Positions 8,585 through 17,983 of a stretch of 64,000 nt of DNA are shown here, piece after piece. The notes under the pieces were generated by a model. The model had not been told where the DNA came from. It ran no database searches and saw only the letters and a list, made by a program, of their open reading frames with translations. Source of the DNA: Actinomycetales bacterium (GTDB lineage: Bacteria > Actinomycetota > Actinomycetes > Actinomycetales > JBBRBF01); NCBI GenBank assembly GCA_038206105.1, contig JBBRBF010000002.1, forward strand, positions 19,372 to 83,371, read 5' to 3'. Position 1 is the first letter of the stretch, and each line of letters starts with the position of its first letter. The position numbers and the translations under genes were made by a program.

Positions 8585-11500
8585 GTGCGTGGGGAGCGGG
8601 ACGTGACGTGGCGCGCGGACGACCCGGGGACGCCGCGACTGGTCCGCCCGGCAGCGACGGGGGTGGTCCCCCTCCGCCTGGACGCCGACCAGCGACGGGT
8701 CGTCGCGCACGGGCGCGGCGACGGTCCCCTCGTCGTCCGGGGCGCGCCGGGCACCGGACGCACGACTGCGCTCGTCGAGTCGGTCGCCGCGCGCGTCGAG
8801 CGCGACGCCGCCGACCCGGCGCGCGTCCTCGTGCTCGCGCCGACCCGGCGGGCAGCCGCGCAGTTGCGCGACCGGGTGAGCGCCCGGCTGGCGCGGACCG
8901 TCGCCGAGCCGGGGGTGCGCACCCCGCACGCCTACGCGTTCTCGCTCCTGCGGCGGCTCGCCCTGGCCGCCGGCGAGCCCCCACCGCGGCTGCTCGCCGG
9001 CCCGGAGCAGGACCGGGTGCTGGCCGACCTGCTCGCCGGTCACGCCGCCGGTGAGGGCCGCCCCGTCGCGTGGCCGCCGTCCGTGCCCGCCGAGACCCGG
9101 GGGCTGCGCGGGTTCCGGGACGAGCTGCGTGACCTGTTGATGCGGGCGCTGGAGCGCGGCCTGGCACCCGCGGACCTGCGGGCCGCCGGGCGGCGGCACG
9201 GCCGGCCGGAGTGGGTCGCCGGTGCCGCCGTCCTCGGGGAGTACCTGGAGGTGACGGCGCTCGCGACGCCCAACGGCTACGACCCCGCCGGGATCGTGGA
9301 CCAGGCCGGCCAGCGGCTCGCCGACGACGAGGACCTGCTCGCAACCGAGGTCCGCCGGTGGCAGCTCGTCGCCGTCGACGACCACCACGAGTCGACCGAG
9401 GCGACCGCGCGGCTGCTCGACCTGCTCGTCGGCGGCGGCGGCGACCTGCTGGTCACCGGTGACCCCGACGCCACGACGCAGTCCTTCCGCGGCGGCGACC
9501 CCCGGTTGGTGGCCGCCGCCGAGCACCGGTACCGCCGCGCCGACGGCGCTCCGGCCGAGGTCGTCGTGCTGCGTACCCCGCACCGGCAGGCTGCCGAGCC
9601 GGTGGACCTGGTCGCGCTGTTCCGCCGGGTGAGCGAGCGGATCGGCTCGGCCGGGTCGGTCGCCCACCGGGCGGCGGTCCCTGCGACCCCGCCGGCAGGC
9701 TCCGCGACCCGGCCGTCCCCGCTGCCGTCCCCGCTGCCGTCCTTCTTGGCGGCCTCGTCGGTCGAGGCCCACGTGCTGCGCTCGGCGACCCAGGAGGGCG
9801 CCTTCGTCGCCCACCTGCTGCGCAGCGAGCACCTGCTGGGCGGGCGGCCGTGGTCGACGATGGCCGTCGTCGTCCGCAGTGCCGGCCGCACCGCTGCGCT
9901 GCGCCGCGCGTTCGCGGCCACCGGGGTGCCCGTGGCGTCGCCCGCGGCCGAGGTGCCGGTCCGCGACGAGCCGGCGGTGCGTCCCCTTCGCACGGCGCTG
10001 CGGCTCGTGCTGCGCCCCGACGGGGCCGAGCCGCAGGACGCGGTCGCGCTGCTCACCTCGCCGCTCGGTGGCACCGACGCCCTCGGGCTGCGCCGGCTGC
10101 GGCGCCGGCTGCTGGCGGAGGAGCGTGCCGGCGGCGGGTCGCGGGCCTCCGACGACCTGCTGGTCGAGGCCCTGGCCGACCCGGTCCGGACCGCGACCCT
10201 CGACCGCCGCGTCGCCGCACCGGCGGCGCGCGTGGCCCGGGTGCTGGCAGCGGGCCGGCACGCCGCGGCCGAGCCCGGCGCCACCGCCGAGACGGTGCTG
10301 TGGGCGCTGTGGCAGGCGACGGGACTCGCCGGGGCCTGGCGGCAGCAGGCCCTTGTCGGCGGACCGGCCGGCAGCCGCGCCGACCGTGACCTCGACGCCG
10401 TCCTCGCGCTGTTCGACGCCGCCGCCCGTTTCGTCGACCGGCTCCCGGGGCAGCGTCCCGAGGCCTTCCTGGACCACCTCGACGCACAGGACGTGCCCGC
10501 CGACACCCTGGCCGAGCACGCCCCGGACGACGACGCGGTGCAGCTGCTGACCGCGGCCGGGTCAGCCGGCCGCGAGTGGGACGTCGTCGTCGTCGCCGGG
10601 CTGCAGGACGGCGTCTGGCCCGACACCCGGCTGCGGGGGTCCCTGCTCGGGTCGACCGACCTCGTCGACGTCCTCGCCGGGCGCGGCGACGACCCCGCAG
10701 GCGCCCGCCGTCAGGTGCTCGACGACGAGCTGCGGCTGCTCCACGTCGCCGTGAGCCGTGCCCGGCAGCGCGTCGTCGCGACCGCTGTGCGCGACGCCGA
10801 CGAGCGTCCCTCGCCGTTCCTCGACCTCGTCGCGCCCTACCGGCCCGCACCCGGCAACACCGCGGCGGGCGGAGCCGGGTCCGAGTCCAGCTCCGGGTCC
10901 GGGTCCGAGGAGCGCCCCGAGACGGTCGTGCCACGTGCGGTGACGCTGCCGGCGCTGGTCGCCGAGCTGCGCCAGGTGCTGCTGGTCGCCGATGGCGAGC
11001 GCGACGGCTCGGGGCGCGCCGTGGACCCGGGCCGGCGGCGCACCGCGGCCGCCGCGCTCGCGCGCCTCGCCGCTGCCGGCGTCCCCGGGGCCGGCCCGTC
11101 GCAGTGGTACGCCCTGGCGCCGCTGTCGGACGACGGACCGCTGCGGGCCGAGGGCGAGCCCGTCCACGTCTCGCCGTCGCGCGTCGAGGCCTTCCACCGC
11201 TGCGGGCTGCGCTGGCTGCTGGAGACCAACGGCGGCGCGACCTCCTCGGGCACCAGCCAGGGGGTCGGCACCCTCGTGCACGACGTGGCGGCCGAGCACC
11301 CGGACGCCGACGCGGACACTCTCCTGGCGGAGGTGGACCGGCGCTGGCCGTCGCTCGGGCTCGGCGACGGCTGGGTCTCCGCCCGCGAGCGCGGCCGCGC
11401 CCACGCGATGGTCCGCCGGCTCGCGGGCTACACCGCCGGCAGCGACCGCGAGGTGGCGGGTACCGAGGTGGAGGTCAGCACGCCGGTGGGCCGGGCCGTC

Positions 11501-11902
11501 GTCCGGGGCCGGGTGGACCGGCTCGAGCGCGACGCCGAGGGTCGGCTGGTCGTCGTCGACCTCAAGACCGGCAGCAGCGCGCCCAAGGACGGCGATGTGG
11601 CGCGGCACGCCCAGCTCGGCGTCTACCAGGTGGTGGTCGCCGAGGGCGGGCTCGGCCCCGGCGCGACGAGCGGTGGCGCCGCCCTGGTCCAGCTCGGCGG
11701 CACCCGCAAAGCGGCGAAGGAGCAGCGGCAGCGCGCCCTCGCCGACGACGCCGACCCGGGCTGGGCGCGACAGGTGCTCGACACCGCCGCGGACGGCATG
11801 GCGGCCGACCGGTTCGCCGCGGTCGGCAACGACCTGTGCCGCCGCTGCCCGGTGCGCGCCGCGTGCCCGCTGCAGCCCGAGGGCCGGCAGGTGACGTCGT
11901 GA
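8585..11902 (+). CDS. adnA: UvrD/Rep-like helicase-nuclease subunit AdnA
   Basis: SF1 helicase motifs are followed by a C-terminal PD-(D/E)XK nuclease (VVVDLKTG) and four Cys (HRC...CRRCPVRAAC). It is followed with a 4-bp overlap by its paralogue. The exact start is uncertain (GTG 8585 or 8603). Confidence 0.85.
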   Translation: MRGERDVTWRADDPGTPRLVRPAATGVVPLRLDADQRRVVAHGRGDGPLVVRGAPGTGRTTALVESVAARVERDAADPARVLVLAPTRRAAAQLRDRVSARLARTVAEPGVRTPHAYAFSLLRRLALAAGEPPPRLLAGPEQDRVLADLLAGHAAGEGRPVAWPPSVPAETRGLRGFRDELRDLLMRALERGLAPADLRAAGRRHGRPEWVAGAAVLGEYLEVTALATPNGYDPAGIVDQAGQRLADDEDLLATEVRRWQLVAVDDHHESTEATARLLDLLVGGGGDLLVTGDPDATTQSFRGGDPRLVAAAEHRYRRADGAPAEVVVLRTPHRQAAEPVDLVALFRRVSERIGSAGSVAHRAAVPATPPAGSATRPSPLPSPLPSFLAASSVEAHVLRSATQEGAFVAHLLRSEHLLGGRPWSTMAVVVRSAGRTAALRRAFAATGVPVASPAAEVPVRDEPAVRPLRTALRLVLRPDGAEPQDAVALLTSPLGGTDALGLRRLRRRLLAEERAGGGSRASDDLLVEALADPVRTATLDRRVAAPAARVARVLAAGRHAAAEPGATAETVLWALWQATGLAGAWRQQALVGGPAGSRADRDLDAVLALFDAAARFVDRLPGQRPEAFLDHLDAQDVPADTLAEHAPDDDAVQLLTAAGSAGREWDVVVVAGLQDGVWPDTRLRGSLLGSTDLVDVLAGRGDDPAGARRQVLDDELRLLHVAVSRARQRVVATAVRDADERPSPFLDLVAPYRPAPGNTAAGGAGSESSSGSGSEERPETVVPRAVTLPALVAELRQVLLVADGERDGSGRAVDPGRRRTAAAALARLAAAGVPGAGPSQWYALAPLSDDGPLRAEGEPVHVSPSRVEAFHRCGLRWLLETNGGATSSGTSQGVGTLVHDVAAEHPDADADTLLAEVDRRWPSLGLGDGWVSARERGRAHAMVRRLAGYTAGSDREVAGTEVEVSTPVGRAVVRGRVDRLERDAEGRLVVVDLKTGSSAPKDGDVARHAQLGVYQVVVAEGGLGPGATSGGAALVQLGGTRKAAKEQRQRALADDADPGWARQVLDTAADGMAADRFAAVGNDLCRRCPVRAACPLQPEGRQVTS

Positions 11903-14900
11903 CCGCCGGCCCGGGGACTGCCGGCCCGTCGTCGGCGGCGATCGCTGCGGCCCTGGGCCGGCCGGCGCCGACCGCGGAGCAGCAGGCGGTGATCGAGGCG
12001 CCGCTCGAGCCGCTGCTCGTCGTCGCCGGGGCGGGCTCCGGCAAGACCGAGACGATGGCGTCACGGGTGGTCTGGCTCGTCGCGGGCGGGCACGTCGCCC
12101 CGGCGGACGTGCTCGGTCTCACCTTCACCCGCAAGGCGGCCGGCGGGCTCGCCGACCGGGTCAGGGCGCGGCTGCGGGGACTGGCCCGCACCGGCCTGCT
12201 GACCGGCGAGGTGGCCGAGGCCCTGGGGTCCGCCGGTGAGCCGGCTGTCTCGACCTACCACTCCTACGCGGCCTCGGTGGTGGGCGACCACGGCCTGCGG
12301 GTCGGTGTCGAGCCCCGGTCCCGGCTGCTCGGTGAGGCGGCCTGCTGGCAGCTCGCGAGCAGCGTCGTCGAGACCTGGGACGGCGACCTCGGCGGGCTGA
12401 CGAAGGCTCCGGCGACCGTCGTGGACGCCGTGCTCGCACTGTCCGCGGAGTGCGCCGAGCACCTCGTCGACCCGACCGGGATCGCGCAGCTGGCAGAGCA
12501 GGTGGAGCGCCGGGTGTGCTCCCTGCCCGCGACGGACGCGGGCGGGGCGCCCGGTCGGCCGTCCCGCGACGTGGGCCTTGCCCTGGCGGCGCTGGCGGAG
12601 CGCGCGCAGCTCGTGCCGCTGCTGCGCCGCTACGCCGAGCGCAAGCGCGAGGCGGGGGCCCTGGACTTCGGCGACCAGGTGGCGCTCGCGGCAAGGATCG
12701 CCGAGCAGGTGCCGGAGGTCGGCGCGGCGGAGCGGGCCCGCGCGCGCGTCGTCCTGCTCGACGAGTACCAGGACACCAGCCACGCCCAGCTCGTGCTGCT
12801 GCGTGCCGTGTTCGGCGGCGGCCACCCCGTCACCGCGGTCGGCGACCCGCACCAGTCCATCTACGGCTGGCGGGGCGCGAGCGCCGGCACCCTCGAGGCG
12901 TTCGGGGGCCAGTTCCTGCAGCGGGACGGGGCCCCGGCACGTCGGCTCGGCCTGGCGACGTCCTGGCGCAACGACCACGCCCTGCTGGCGGCGGCGAACA
13001 CCCTGGCCGCGCCGCTGCGGCGGGCGTCGACGATCGAGGTGGCGCCGCTCGCGGCGCGTCCCGGCGCTGGCGCCGGGGCCGTGCACGTCGACTGGCACGC
13101 GACGACGGGCGACGAGGTCGCGGACCTCGCCGCGCGGTTCGCCGCCGTGTGGCACGCCGACGGCACCGGGGCCGGGCCCCGGCGGTCGATGGCGGTGCTG
13201 TGCCGCAAGCGCTCCCAGCTCGCCGCCGTGGAGGCGGGGCTGCGCGGGGCGGGGTTGCCGGTGGAGGTCGTCGGGCTGGGCGGGCTGCTCACCCGTCCCG
13301 AGGTCGTGGACGTCGTGAGCACGCTGCAGGTGCTCCACGACCCCAGCCGGGGGGACGCCCTGGTCCGGCTGCTCACCGGCGCCCGCTGGCGGATCGGGCC
13401 GCGCGACCTCGAGGTGCTCGCCGCGTGGTCTGCTGCCCTGGCGGCGCGGGACCGCGGGCGTCGCGCCGGTCCCCCCGGCGACGAGGCCCGGACCGCTGCC
13501 GACGCCCGGACCGCTGCCGACACCGGGACCGCTGCCGACACCGGGACCGCCGTGGCCGACGTCGCCGACGTGGCCGACGTCGCCGACGTGGCCGACGAGC
13601 GGAGCCTGGTGGACGCCCTGGACGACCCGCCGCCGCCGGGCTGGGTCGCCGGACACGGCCGCGGCCTGTCACCCGTGGGGCAGGCACGGCTTGCCGAGCT
13701 CGCGACGATGCTGCGGGGGCTGCGGAGCCGGGTCTCGGCGCCGCTGCCGGAGCTCGTCGTGGCCGTGGAGCGTGCACTCGGTCTCGACGTCGAGGTCGCG
13801 GCGCGACCCGGCGTCCCGCCCGGTACCGCACGGGCACAGCTCGACGCGTTCACCGACGTCGCGGCCTCGTTCGCGGCCGCCACCGGCACCCCGTCGCTCG
13901 GCGGGTTCTGCGCGTGGCTCGGGGCCGCGGCGGAGCGGGAGCGGGGTCTGGAGGCCGGCGACGACAGCGGCGTGGACGACGTGGCGCTCGCCCACGACGA
14001 CCTCGAACCCAGCCGCACCGCCGTCCAGGTGCTCACCGTGCACGCCGCGAAGGGCCTGGAGTGGGACGTGGTCGCCGTGCCCGGCATGGTCGAGGGCTCG
14101 TTCCCCGCGCGGGCCGGCGGCCGGGCGAGCGCCCAGGACGCGTCCAGCGGGTGGCTCAGCGGCCTCGGGACGCTGCCGTACCCGCTGCGGGGCGACCGCG
14201 ACGCGCTGCCGGTGCTGGACTGGCGGGGTCCGGGCGACCAGAAGGCGCTGGAGTCCGAGCGGCGGGCGTTCCGGCTCGCCTGCGGGCGCCACGAGGTCGC
14301 CGAGGAACGCCGCATCGCCTACGTCGCGGCGACCCGCGCCCGCGAGCTGCTGCTGCTCTCCGGCTCGTGGTGGCGCGACGGCTCCACGCCCGCGACCGCC
14401 TCCCGGTTCCTCACCGAGCTGGTGGGTGCCGCCGGCGAAGGCGATCTGCCCGGGGTCGACGCGACGGGGTTCGTCGCCGGGGTCGCCTCGCCGCCCGCAG
14501 AGGGTGAGGCGAACCCGTCGCTGGCGCAGCCGCCCACCGCGACGTGGCCGCTCGACCCGCTGGCGGGGCGACGTCCGGCGGTCGAGGCCGCCGCCGCAGC
14601 CGTCGCCTCAGCCGGTGCCGCAGCGGAGGGTGCCGACACGCTGGGGGAGGGCGGCGACCTCGGCGAGTGGCGCCGCGAGGTCGAGCTGCTGCTCGCGGAG
14701 CGGGACGCCCGCTCCCACGGACCCGGGCAGGTCCGGCTGCCGGAGCACCTGTCCGCGTCCCGGCTGGTCGACCTCGCGGCCGACCCGGCCGGCTTCGCCC
14801 GCAGCCTGCGACGGCCGGTGCCGGTCGAGCCGCGTCCGCAGACGCGCCGGGGCACGGCCTTCCACGCCTGGATCGAGGCTCGGTTCCGCGCCGAGACCCT

Positions 14901-15333
14901 CGTGGACCTCGACGACCTGCCCGGCGCCGGGGACGAGGGCGCCGCGCCGGACGACGAGCTGGCCCGGCTGCAGCGGGTGTTCCTCGCCTCGGAGTGGGCC
15001 ACCCGCGACCCGGTCGCCGTGGAGGTGGCGGTCGAGACGCCCGTCGACGGCGTGGTGCTGCGGGGTCGGATCGACGCCGTCTTCCGACGCGAGGACGGCG
15101 GGTGGGACGTCGTGGACTGGAAGACCGGCCAGCCACCGACCGGTGCGCGGCGCCGAGCGGTCGTCGTCCAGCTCGCGGTGTACCGGCTGGCCTGGGCGCG
15201 GCTGCGCGGCGTCGGCGTCGAGCAGGTCAGCGCGGCGTTCTTCTACGCCTCCACCGGCGAGACGGTGCGTCCCGCCGACGTCGGCGACGAGGCGACGCTG
15301 GGCGCCCTCGTCCGCGGCGTCCCGGCGTCCTGA
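11899..15333 (+). CDS. adnB: UvrD/Rep-like helicase-nuclease subunit AdnB
   Basis: The GTG overlaps the adnA stop (GTGA). It has a canonical Walker A (AGAGSGKTE), UvrD motifs and a C-terminal RecB-type nuclease (WDVVDWKTG). Confidence 0.88.
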   Translation: MTAGPGTAGPSSAAIAAALGRPAPTAEQQAVIEAPLEPLLVVAGAGSGKTETMASRVVWLVAGGHVAPADVLGLTFTRKAAGGLADRVRARLRGLARTGLLTGEVAEALGSAGEPAVSTYHSYAASVVGDHGLRVGVEPRSRLLGEAACWQLASSVVETWDGDLGGLTKAPATVVDAVLALSAECAEHLVDPTGIAQLAEQVERRVCSLPATDAGGAPGRPSRDVGLALAALAERAQLVPLLRRYAERKREAGALDFGDQVALAARIAEQVPEVGAAERARARVVLLDEYQDTSHAQLVLLRAVFGGGHPVTAVGDPHQSIYGWRGASAGTLEAFGGQFLQRDGAPARRLGLATSWRNDHALLAAANTLAAPLRRASTIEVAPLAARPGAGAGAVHVDWHATTGDEVADLAARFAAVWHADGTGAGPRRSMAVLCRKRSQLAAVEAGLRGAGLPVEVVGLGGLLTRPEVVDVVSTLQVLHDPSRGDALVRLLTGARWRIGPRDLEVLAAWSAALAARDRGRRAGPPGDEARTAADARTAADTGTAADTGTAVADVADVADVADVADERSLVDALDDPPPPGWVAGHGRGLSPVGQARLAELATMLRGLRSRVSAPLPELVVAVERALGLDVEVAARPGVPPGTARAQLDAFTDVAASFAAATGTPSLGGFCAWLGAAAERERGLEAGDDSGVDDVALAHDDLEPSRTAVQVLTVHAAKGLEWDVVAVPGMVEGSFPARAGGRASAQDASSGWLSGLGTLPYPLRGDRDALPVLDWRGPGDQKALESERRAFRLACGRHEVAEERRIAYVAATRARELLLLSGSWWRDGSTPATASRFLTELVGAAGEGDLPGVDATGFVAGVASPPAEGEANPSLAQPPTATWPLDPLAGRRPAVEAAAAAVASAGAAAEGADTLGEGGDLGEWRREVELLLAERDARSHGPGQVRLPEHLSASRLVDLAADPAGFARSLRRPVPVEPRPQTRRGTAFHAWIEARFRAETLVDLDDLPGAGDEGAAPDDELARLQRVFLASEWATRDPVAVEVAVETPVDGVVLRGRIDAVFRREDGGWDVVDWKTGQPPTGARRRAVVVQLAVYRLAWARLRGVGVEQVSAAFFYASTGETVRPADVGDEATLGALVRGVPAS
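13486..13596 (+). repeat. In-frame tandem repeats inside adnB (18-bp x4, then 9-bp x4)
   Basis: gcccggaccgctgccgac x2 and accgggaccgctgccgac x2 (variants), then gtSgccgac x4. These encode ARTAADARTAADTGTAADTGTAVADVADVADVADVAD. Confidence 0.9.
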
Positions 15334-15430
15334 GCCCGCTCGCTTCCAGGCCACGCCCTGCACCACCCCCGCAGAGCCCACCATCCGCCGCCGCCAGGAC
15401 ACCGCACGCAGGACACACCGCCGCGCCGAC

Positions 15431-15483
15431 TGGCACAGGGCGCCTCTGTGCCAACCCCATTGGTACAGGGCGCCCCTGTGACA
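15431..15483. repeat. Two tandem 23-bp palindromes, 30 bp apart (operator-like)
   Basis: TGGCACAGGGCGCCTCTGTGCCA (15431-15453) and TGGTACAGGGCGCCCCTGTGACA (15461-15483). They lie in the 380-bp gap between adnB and the ABM gene. Confidence 0.6.
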
Positions 15484-15572
15484 ACCGGGAGCTGGCGTGA
15501 ACGTCCCCAGGAGGCGTGCCTCGGCCGCCGCGGCACAGCCAGCCGGCGGCCCGGGCGCATCCGGACGCTCCG

Positions 15573-15630
15573 GCGAGTGTGACCCCCGTGCGCGACACGC
15601 CGGCGTGTCGCGCACAGAGGTCACACTCGC
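15573..15630. terminator. 58-nt GC-rich inverted repeat (possible U-tract-less terminator or structured RNA)
   Basis: GCGAGTGTGACCcccGTGCGCGACACGCC|GGCGTGTCGCGCACagaGGTCACACTCGC. The stem has 12 + 14 bp arms with a 3x3 internal loop. There is no T-tract. Confidence 0.4.
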
Positions 15631-15723
15631 GGGCTTGGGCCGGTCTCGACCCGTGCCGGGCGCGGGCGCGGGCGCGCGACCCGGCGTCGGCGAGCCGGCC
15701 CAGCACGGCGCAGGATGGGCCGC

Positions 15724-16095
15724 ATGTCGTACGTGGTGATCAACGTCCTGTCCGTGCCGGGCGGGCGCGGTGAGACCCTGGAGCAGCGCTTCGCCGGCCG
15801 GGCTGGCCTCGTGGAGCAGGCCGAGGGGTTCGAGCACTTCGAGCTGCTGCGCCCGGTGGAGGGGACGCAGGACTACCTCGTGTACACGCGCTGGCGCGCG
15901 AAGGCGGACTTCGAGGCGTGGCAGTCGTCGCAGGCGTTCGGCCGTGGCCACGGCGGGCCCACCGCCGGTGCGAGCGGGTCCGGTGGGAGCGGATCCGGCG
16001 CAGGCAGTCCCGCCGGCGACCGCCCGGCCGCGACGGGGTCGAGCATCTGGGCGTTCGAGGTGGCGCAGGCCACGGCGGGCCCCCAGCCGGTCTGA
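15724..16095 (+). CDS. Antibiotic biosynthesis monooxygenase (ABM) family protein (IsdG/MhuD-like fold)
   Basis: MSYVVINVLSVPGGRGETLEQRFAGRAGLVEQAEGFEHFELLRPVEG...YLVYTRWRAKADFEAW. The start could be ATG 15715 or 15724. A Gly/Ser-rich insertion lies near the C-terminus. Confidence 0.8.
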   Translation: MSYVVINVLSVPGGRGETLEQRFAGRAGLVEQAEGFEHFELLRPVEGTQDYLVYTRWRAKADFEAWQSSQAFGRGHGGPTAGASGSGGSGSGAGSPAGDRPAATGSSIWAFEVAQATAGPQPV

Positions 16096-16100
16096 CCGCG

Positions 16101-16973
16101 CTACGGCGACGTCCGTGCCGGCCCGGCAGCACGGTCGTCGGCTGCGGTGGCGGGGCTGCCCGCGGTGACGGCCACGCCCAGCGGGCGGTGGTCGCCCACG
16201 GCCAGCTCGGGCAGCAGCAAGCGGGTGGATCGCAGCGACGCGGCCCGGGGGCCGAGCGCCAGCAGGTGGTCGAGCTGGACCCCGGGCCGCTCCGCCGGGA
16301 ACGTGGGTGTGGTCACCAGCCCCCGGCCCCCCGCCAGCCGGCCGGGCAGGCGGCCCGGCAGGTTGAGGTCGCCGGCGAGCAGCACGGCGCGGTCCGGCCC
16401 GGCGAGCCGGGTGGCCCAGGCACGCAGGCGGCGTAGCTGCCGCCAGGCGGTGAGGGGCGCGAAGGACAGGTGCGTGCTCACCACGACCAGGGGGACGTCG
16501 TCCAGCTCGGCCGCCAGCGCGACCCGGGGCTCGTCGGGGAACCACAGCACGCCGGTGCGCCCGGTGCGAGGGTGGGTGACGCGCAGCGGCAGCCTGCCCT
16601 TCCCGTTGCCCAGCCCGAGGACCGACCAGGTGCGCACCGGCGCCCGGCTCACCAGCCCGACGCCGTAGCGGGGGCCGTCCGCGCCGGGGTCGTCGGTGCC
16701 GCAGGCGCGCGGCGCGACCGGCTCCCAGGTCTGGCCCGGCGTCCCCGTCAGCGTCGGCGCGAACCGCCAGTGCGCCGCCCTGAGCGCGGCCGCGGCGACC
16801 CGGCCCTGGTGCACGCCCATCGACCGGGGCTGGTCGACGTCGAGCTCCTGCAGCGCGAGGACGTCGACGTCCAGGGCGGCCAGGGCCCCCGCCAGCGCGT
16901 CGCCGTCCAGGTGCCTGCCGTCGCGGTCGCGTCCGGACGCGACGTTGAGGGTCGCGACCCGGACGGCGGTCAC
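16101..16973 (-). CDS. Endonuclease/exonuclease/phosphatase (EEP) family protein
   Basis: VRVATLNVASGRD...VDVLALQELD...VVSTHLSF...LLAGDLN...DHLL. The GTG start overlaps the upstream stop (GTGA). The longer 410-aa track ORF is an Arg-rich extension. Confidence 0.85.
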   Translation of the reverse strand: MTAVRVATLNVASGRDRDGRHLDGDALAGALAALDVDVLALQELDVDQPRSMGVHQGRVAAAALRAAHWRFAPTLTGTPGQTWEPVAPRACGTDDPGADGPRYGVGLVSRAPVRTWSVLGLGNGKGRLPLRVTHPRTGRTGVLWFPDEPRVALAAELDDVPLVVVSTHLSFAPLTAWRQLRRLRAWATRLAGPDRAVLLAGDLNLPGRLPGRLAGGRGLVTTPTFPAERPGVQLDHLLALGPRAASLRSTRLLLPELAVGDHRPLGVAVTAGSPATAADDRAAGPARTSP

Positions 16974-17869
16974 AGCCGCTCCTGGCCCACGTCGCCGTCG
17001 AGCTCGGTGAGCATGCCGACCGCGTCGTCGACGACGCCGGCGTCGTCGGTGCGCACGCCGTGCAGCAGCCAGCGGGCCAGGGCCAGCTCGCCGGCGAGCC
17101 GGGCGCGGACCGCGAGGTCGCGGTCGGGCTGGTCGCGGCGCGCCACGGCGTAGGCCTCGAGCACGGAGTCCAGGGCCTCGGCGTCGGCCCCGACGGCGAT
17201 CCACGCCAGGTCGTCGGCGGGGTCGGCCACGACGGCGTCGCCCCAGTCGAGCATGCCGGTGACGGTGCCGGCGTCCACGAGCACGTGCTCTGCGACGAGG
17301 TCGCCGTGCACGAGGCACGGCTGGAACCGCCACCGTCCGACGTCCTCCAGGGCGCGCTCCCAGCGACCGAGCAGCCCGGTGGGGACGTGCCCTGTCGCGG
17401 CGGCGCGGTCCACCTCGCTGAGCCGGCGCTCGCGGTACTCACCGGCCTCGTAGCTCGGCACGTCGACGTCCTCGACCACGGAGCGGGGGACGTCGTGCAC
17501 CGCGGCGAGCGCCGCCCCCAGCGCGGCGCCGAGGCCGGGACCGGGCTCGAGCTCGCCGGGGTGCAGCGGGTGACCGGGCAGGAACGGGTAGACCAGGGCG
17601 ACGCCGCCCTCGGGCAGGTCGGCGGTGCCCGCCGGCTCCGGCACCGCGAAGGGCAGCGAGCCGTGCTCCGCCAGCGCCGCCAGCAGCCGCACCTCGGCCT
17701 CGAGCCGTGCCCCCGCCGCCGTCCGCCGCGGTGCGCGCACGACCCACCGGCGCCGGCGGGAGTCGTGCACGACGGCGACGTCGTAGTCCGACCCCGGTTG
17801 CTGCGGGCCGCCGACCCCCACCGGGTCGAGCCCCGCGACGGCCGCGCTGGCGAGCGCGGCGAGCTGCAT
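16970..17869 (-). CDS. Phosphotransferase (APH / macrolide 2'-phosphotransferase-like kinase fold)
   Basis: The catalytic region is CLVHGDLVAEHVLVD...GMLDWGDAVVADPADDLAW. The start is ATG 17869 (alternative GTG 17902). The 721-aa track ORF is an artefactual extension. Confidence 0.85.
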   Translation of the reverse strand: MQLAALASAAVAGLDPVGVGGPQQPGSDYDVAVVHDSRRRRWVVRAPRRTAAGARLEAEVRLLAALAEHGSLPFAVPEPAGTADLPEGGVALVYPFLPGHPLHPGELEPGPGLGAALGAALAAVHDVPRSVVEDVDVPSYEAGEYRERRLSEVDRAAATGHVPTGLLGRWERALEDVGRWRFQPCLVHGDLVAEHVLVDAGTVTGMLDWGDAVVADPADDLAWIAVGADAEALDSVLEAYAVARRDQPDRDLAVRARLAGELALARWLLHGVRTDDAGVVDDAVGMLTELDGDVGQERL

Positions 17870-17983
17870 CGGGCTGCGGGCGGCGGACGGCACGGCGCCC
17901 ACCGTAGGGCTCGCGCGGCGCACCCGCCGAACCGGCTCGGCCCCCGTCCGGCGGGGACGTCGAGCCGCGCCTACCGTGTTCGG

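Noticed and set aside
15431-15440. TGGCAC read as a sigma-54 (-24) promoter element.
   Set aside because: Actinobacteria lack sigma-54, there is no TTGC -12 element at the proper spacing, and the motif is better explained as half of a palindrome.
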